From contig OZ116699.1 in the NCBI GenBank assembly GCA_964199315.1, positions 992,001 to 1,056,000 of the forward strand: a stretch of DNA of 64,000 nucleotides. Direction: 5' to 3'. The translations under genes and the position numbers were made by a program. The notes beneath the pieces are model-generated. The model was given only the letters and a program-made list of their open reading frames with translations, did not search any database and was not told the DNA's origin. Source of the DNA: Orbicella franksi. Taxonomy: Eukaryota. Below are positions 58,457 to 64,000 of this stretch, piece after piece. Positions within the stretch are counted from its first letter, which is position 1. Each line of letters opens with the position of its first letter.

Positions 58457-60833
58457 AACAATAGACAACAGCATAGCATTTGCATTCCACTAACAAACCT
58501 CGTTTACGTCAGTTGTTTTTGAAATATGCGTGAGACTCGAATTTACACACTGAAAAACGCAGAAAAGAAAGCAATTTGTTTTGAAAGGATCAATCATTGC
58601 GATCAGCAGAGCTTGCTGAAATTTCAAGCTTTCCGTTGAAATTTTAGGAATGCTAAAATTTGTGCAACTTACCTTAGTTAACCATTTTGAGTTTGGCAGT
58701 GTTTTCGAGATTGCACCACTCGACACATTCACTTGACTTAACTGTACTGACTGTCAAAGACGGAGCTGAATTATACCGAGTGAAATGCGCAACGTATGTA
58801 CACTTACAGAACAATAGTTTTTGGAAACAGTAGGTTGCCAGGGCCATTTTGGCGGATCAACTTTCGACAACGACATTTAAATGGCATTAACTTTAATTAT
58901 AATTTATGAAAGGTCAAATGTAGACCATAGGTGAATCGATCATCTCCTTGTAGAGAGCAATTTACGTCACATCCAGTGGCGCAAAGCTCAGTTGAAGACG
59001 CACCCGGGAGGTGCGAGTACAAAAAAAGAGTCTCGTTACCAGGTCCCCACCTCGACCTCCTTCGAGGCCTCGAAGCGACCTCGTTACCAGTGAGTTTTAT
59101 TCCTTGGGGCTCTATTAAAAGGCAAGCCCTTGCATGTGAAGAATACCTGAATCCATGGGATTGGAAATTTCCCCTTTTAAGAGGCATGTCCATAGCAGAT
59201 CCTATGATTGCAAATGTAAAGGGTCCTACGGAAGATCAACGGCGCTCAGAGCCAAAAACAAAGCTAAATGGACGCTAACGTAAAGGGGCTTTGCAGACAC
59301 ACCCAGTGTTCATTTTTCCACATCATCCACATAAAACTGTGCGTATCGGGAGGGCCTCGTATTAGATGCAGGTTGACTCCAAACACTTAGAGAACTTGTG
59401 AATTTTAGCAATTGGTGAGGGTTTTGTTTTTTAGGGTGAAATTTTGAAGAAGATATTGGCTTTCAAAAGGCTGCTAATTTCAAATATTAGGTGGAAATGA
59501 GACATTCAAGTCGTGTTTTGTTTTATGTTTGTCTGTTTGATATGATATGACTAGAATGTTTTCATACAATCTCTCTGCTTTATATTATAAACTTAAATAG
59601 AATGTCATTCCTTGCATCAGGAAATATCAGTAACTTGGATCTTGCCTTAATGTAGGACAACTAGTTTCACAAACAAACATGTCACATTTAGCAAGGTCGG
59701 AGAATTAAAATTTACGACAATAATTGAGTAACAGAGGCAATAGCCAGCGTCAATGAGAAGTTTAATGATATATTCCAAGAAAACTCTACAAGCTACATTT
59801 GATCATTTATTTTTCAATAGACCTCGCACCTCGTGTAATATCTTCTACTTATCTTGTGACTATTAAAAAGACAATTAAATTAAACCAGGTCGCTTGTGAG
59901 TGTTCTGCCCCTCGTTGGAAATTAGGGCCGACATTATGCAATCATGAGAGCATTTACTTCATCTTCTCTTGGTTTCATTTAAATTTTCAACTCTTTAAGG
60001 TGGCTCGAAATAGGTATTTGACGCGCGTGGTTGGGTTTTAATTCTTCCCAACTGAACTAGAAAACGACACGAAGACTACACGAACGATGGGATAAAAAGT
60101 TAACAGTGGCCGCGCTGCACCGTGTTTCACTGCCGCTCGTCAATGAAATGGAGAAAAAGTCGGTCTTTGAAATTACAGGAAAATCGCTTGTAGAGGTGTT
60201 TTTCACCAAAAACGTTGCAGCTTGGTGACAACCAGCACGTGTTTGAAATAACGTAAAGAGTGGAGGTTTTGGAGGTCCAACTGATACGGCTCACCGTTGT
60301 TATAGTAGCAGATGTTCTAGAGAATATCGAGGAATCTGTGATGGCTACTCAGTAGTTTTCAGTGGAAATGTATCTGCAATATCATGATCCTAAGAAGTAT
60401 TTTATGACAGGTATTGCCGGCGGTCCATGAGCCTTTATCGGGTCTTGAAACCCATCTCGAGCCACTTCAATCTAATGGAACTAAAATGCCTATTTTCTTT
60501 TAGAAGAAACCGCTTTTAATGTGGAAAAATTCTTCACGTCTTTTAAAATTTCTGTGCACAGGAACATATGTCTATTTTTCACGAGTTGTTAGTGGTGGTT
60601 GACAATTAGCCTAACGTCGACCTATCCTGTGACAAATGCCATGTTTCTTTGACAGGAAGCTGAAAATGAAATTAGCTACTGGTTGATCGAAAAAATAAAT
60701 TTCTAAAGACCAACGATTAAAACCTTTGTATAGAGGCAGTTGATGGGGTATTGCTGATAGTTGACAATTGGTCTTCATTGTTACTGTCAGGTAACAAATG
60801 CCATGTTTCTTTGACTGGCAGCTCAGAATGAAA

Positions 60834-61523
60834 TAGGCTTTGGTAGATTGTGCTCGAAAAAAAAGCTTATTATGCTTTTAGCAGTGCTCATATTTTTTAG
60901 AAATTATGCCAAAATCATGCTACTTTCTGAAAATTATGCTCTCTGTCACCGAAGTTATGCTACTTGGATTTTAAGGAAAATAAAGATCGCCAGTAGCTTA
61001 ACTCTATCAATTTTGACTTTAATGAACATTCAGACAGTCCACCTTCCAGTCTTACAGTCTTCAGCTGTTTGGATCTGAGTTACCTCTTTCCTTGTACTTT
61101 CCAGTATTACTTTTAGGAACACGTTCTCTAGAGATTGAAGCTCTCGGTACGGCACTGGGAGTGCTGAAAGTGCTGGGAGTGGAATCAGTGGATGTACTCG
61201 AGGACGACGCCATCTTTGATCTAAGGCCTGAGGGGCCGAGCCGCCGAGCCATAAGCGTGGTGGCCTGAGGAGAGTCTCAGCCTCTCAGATATGTACGGGG
61301 TGACCTAGCTAGAGTCTTCCAGACCTCGATATTTTCCAATAACAATACAGAAGTAAAGTACAAACTGAATTATTCTAGAACTATGATGGGTTTTTTTTTT
61401 TTGTTTTCAAGGCATAAAAGCTCGGATTATGCTAGCAGTGCTAAACTGAAATAAAAGCTTTAAATTATGCTCGTTTTTCTAAATTATGCTAAAAATTATG
61501 CTAGCACAATCTACCAAAGCCTA
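60834..61523 (-). mobile_element. Non-autonomous hAT-superfamily DNA transposon (690 bp)
   Basis: Perfect 21-bp TIR TAGGCTTTGGTAGATTGTGCT. 8-bp TSD GAATGAAA at 60826-60833 and 61524-61531. About nine subterminal ATTATGCT-like motifs. Confidence 0.92.
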
Positions 61524-62137
61524 GAATGAAATGAGCAGATGAATTAAAAATGCTATAATTTCATTCAATAACAGAGAAATGGACAGAAATGGCTGATATC
61601 TGAGATTTGAACACCCCATCTTTAACCTTCTCCCTGCTCTCCGCGCGAAATTCAATTTGGGGTGGCCAAGACCGTTTTGAACGCTACAATCGGGGAGAAT
61701 CATGTTTACCTTGATTTTTTACCAGCATAATGATAACAATAATAACAACAACAACGACCTATCCTATTCCGGACATCGTGTAGCATGTTACGTCATATTA
61801 AGTTCTCCACCCAAGAATCGAGCTATTTTACTCCGCAAACCACAGTCTTGGCCAGTCACCATTTTGAATTTTGCAAGGAACCTGGTGCCAGATTCACGAA
61901 CCCTGCGCAAGAAAGATTCATCCTATGTATTATTTCTGAACAACACTATAACAGTAGCCCATTATTGAGTAACAGCACTTAAAATAAGTCTTAGCTAAAA
62001 ATGGCTTCGTGAATCTAGCCCCTGGAGACCAGGGATCGCATTCTTGCTTATGGTGCGTCTTACTGCTTAATCAAGCGCGCTAATCGCAACAATCAACAAA
62101 ACAAGACTTTAAGCCTAAAAAGCGTGGCTAACTGGTC

Positions 62138-63255
62138 TTAACACTGCGGGGACTTGAGAATAAAAGCTGCAATTTGGCCCATAGTGAGGTCCCACGGGGA
62201 ACCATCGCTGGTTCTCGAGGAAGACATAAAGGTAATTTTGACGCCAGAACAAAATGCACTTGCCATGCCATCAATTTGATACGCGCAATACTGGCCAGGA
62301 TCTGTAATCATTTTAGACGTGGCGGTGTATCTAATCCCGGGGTAAAGAGTGATTCCTTGAGAGAAAAGCACCTCAAAAGTAAGGCCATCATCACGTATAT
62401 TCATATAATGAGTGAACTTCCCGTTCCTCTCTGCGATCAAGTTGCTATTATTATACAAACGAATAAAGGCCTGCACATTAGCAGACTCGATATATCTTGG
62501 GTGGCCCACACCCCACATGCGGTAACCCAGCAGAGTGACCTCACCACTAGTCGTGAAGTCAACAGCATCCGTGTTGGCTCCGTTTGGACCTAGATATGGC
62601 TTTTGTGAAAGCCACCCGTTTCTTGATGGGATCCGGTTACAGTCACAAGAGGTTTCTGAAAAATAACCATGCAAAATGTTAAAACCAAATACTGTATTTC
62701 ACTATTTTGCCCCGTCATTTTTTCAGCACTACATATCCCCCCGCCCCCCGCCTCTCTCTCTCTCTCTCTCTCTCTTCCATCTTCCAACTTGCTACCCTCT
62801 TCCCTTCCCTTTCAGATGTAATAAAAGATCTTGTTTGCTTGCACAGAAACGTAATGCGTGTTCATTTATGTATCATATTTACGTACACTTGTATGTTTTG
62901 TTCCGCTACACTATAGCAGAGTTACAGAATGCAACAAAAAAACAGCTCTTACTTTGGACAGTTAAATAGGCAGATGCCGGAGAAGACCATCCAATAGCAT
63001 TGTAAGCCCTACAAGTGTACCTTCCAGCATCGGTTGGAGCACGGTGGTCCACTTTTCTAATAATGAGCGTTCTGTTGTCTTTGATCACGTACTGCACTCC
63101 TGGTTGAATGTTAGAGTCAAAATAGCCCTTTGGCCTTATCCATTTGACTTTTGGAGGTGGATTCCCAGTAACCGTGCAATTAAAAATTGCATCGTTTCGT
63201 TCATCCACAGTCTGTCGCGTTGGCGATACTTTCGCTTGCGGAGCAGACAATGATT
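62138..63255 (-). CDS. Ig (I-set) domain plus PHR domain protein, 5'-incomplete
   Basis: The Ig exon is 63255-62953 (acceptor TTCTTTCCAG, donor GTAAGA), with FNCTVTGNPPPKVKW..DAGRYTCRAYN. The terminal exon is 62655-62138 (acceptor TTTTTCAG), with CNR..DAVDF..VTLLGY..FEVLF..GQI as in BTBD/Highwire PHR domains. Both junctions are phase 1 and in frame. Confidence 0.85.
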
Positions 63256-63407
63256 CTGGAAAGAAAAAAATTCCACGTTCTCATTGTTTTATAACCTTGA
63301 TTAGAGGCCCTTCAGAGATTCTATATCAATGAAAGTAATCATTATTATCATCATCATCGTAATCGTCATCATATCATTATTATTATCATCATTATTGCCA
63401 CTACCTT

Positions 63408-63797
63408 TAAGCCCTGGCCAAACGAACTCGCAAGTAGCCGTAAGTTGAACTTGCATAGAGACTTGCGTTGGGTGGCCAAACGGACTCGCAAGTTTCCTCG
63501 CAAGTGCGCGCAACCCAAAAAAAAAACGTTATAAGACCACGTATCATGAATTTCATCAGCTGATAGGTTGCTATAAAACAATAAATGGACGTCACTAAAC
63601 TTGCGTTGACTTTGGTTGGGCGGCCAAACGGTGAGAAACTTGCGTCGACTTGCGTTCAAATTTGATCTGAACCAAAGTGAGCGCAAGTCATCGCAAGTCA
63701 ACGCAAATGGACGCAAGGCCTGGCCAAACGGAGTCGCGTGAAGACCCAAGTTTTCAACTTGCGTCTACTACGACGAGTCCGTTTGGCCAGGGCCTTA
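63408..63797. mobile_element. PIF/Harbinger-like MITE in the intron upstream of the Ig exon
   Basis: Inverted ends GCCCTGGCCAAACG(A/G)ACTCG flanked by TAA/TTA, with many internal CGCAAG/CTTGCG motifs. Confidence 0.85.
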
Positions 63798-63911
63798 GCC
63801 TTTCATAGAATACATTTTCATGGTATTGGCCATCCTCTCTGTGTTAGGATAGTTTTCTATATCCTCAATTTCCATATACGTTGTTGCGAAGAGAAAGCTT
63901 GAAAAGAATCA

Positions 63912-63983
63912 GGCTTGAACGGGATTCGAAACCATGACCTCTGCGATACCGGTGCAGTGCTCTACCAACTGAGCTATCAAGCC
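63912..63983 (-). repeat. tRNA-derived repeat head (pseudo-tRNA)
   Basis: Cloverleaf with a perfect acceptor stem (GGCTTGA/TCAAGCC) and D arm. The anticodon loop is CCGGTAT (no U33), and the anticodon and T stems have mismatches. Confidence 0.75.
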
Positions 63984-64000
63984 AACTGGGAGCTGGTCAT

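Noticed and set aside
63912-63983. Functional tRNA-Thr(GGT)
   Set aside because: Lacks U33, has mismatches in the anticodon and T stems, and GGT is not the usual eukaryotic Thr anticodon. Better explained as a SINE-like repeat head.

Overview
This is AT-rich eukaryotic genomic DNA. The gene and repeat repertoire points to an anthozoan cnidarian, most likely a stony coral (inference). Five protein-coding loci are supported: an intronless class A orphan GPCR (minus, 15051-16136); an intronless class C CaSR/GPRC6A-like GPCR (plus, 22378-25008); a two-exon Emx homeobox gene (minus, 36675-37752); a four-exon orphan gene of about 337 aa carrying RFX X-box motifs (minus, 46113-48738); and a 5'-incomplete gene that splices an Ig domain directly onto a PHR domain (minus, 62138-63255). 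The rest is repeat-rich: a ~199-bp satellite (about 22 copies, ~4960-11170) split by a Helentron/HINE-like insertion, a decayed Helentron Rep fragment, a tRNA-derived Nin/Deu-type SINE, an hAT derivative with an 8-bp TSD, and several MITEs. The most notable non-coding element is an intact-looking minimal type I hammerhead ribozyme at 17225-17274. I found no rRNA, no convincing functional tRNA and no CRISPR array. All gene models were spliced by eye, and no database searches were run.
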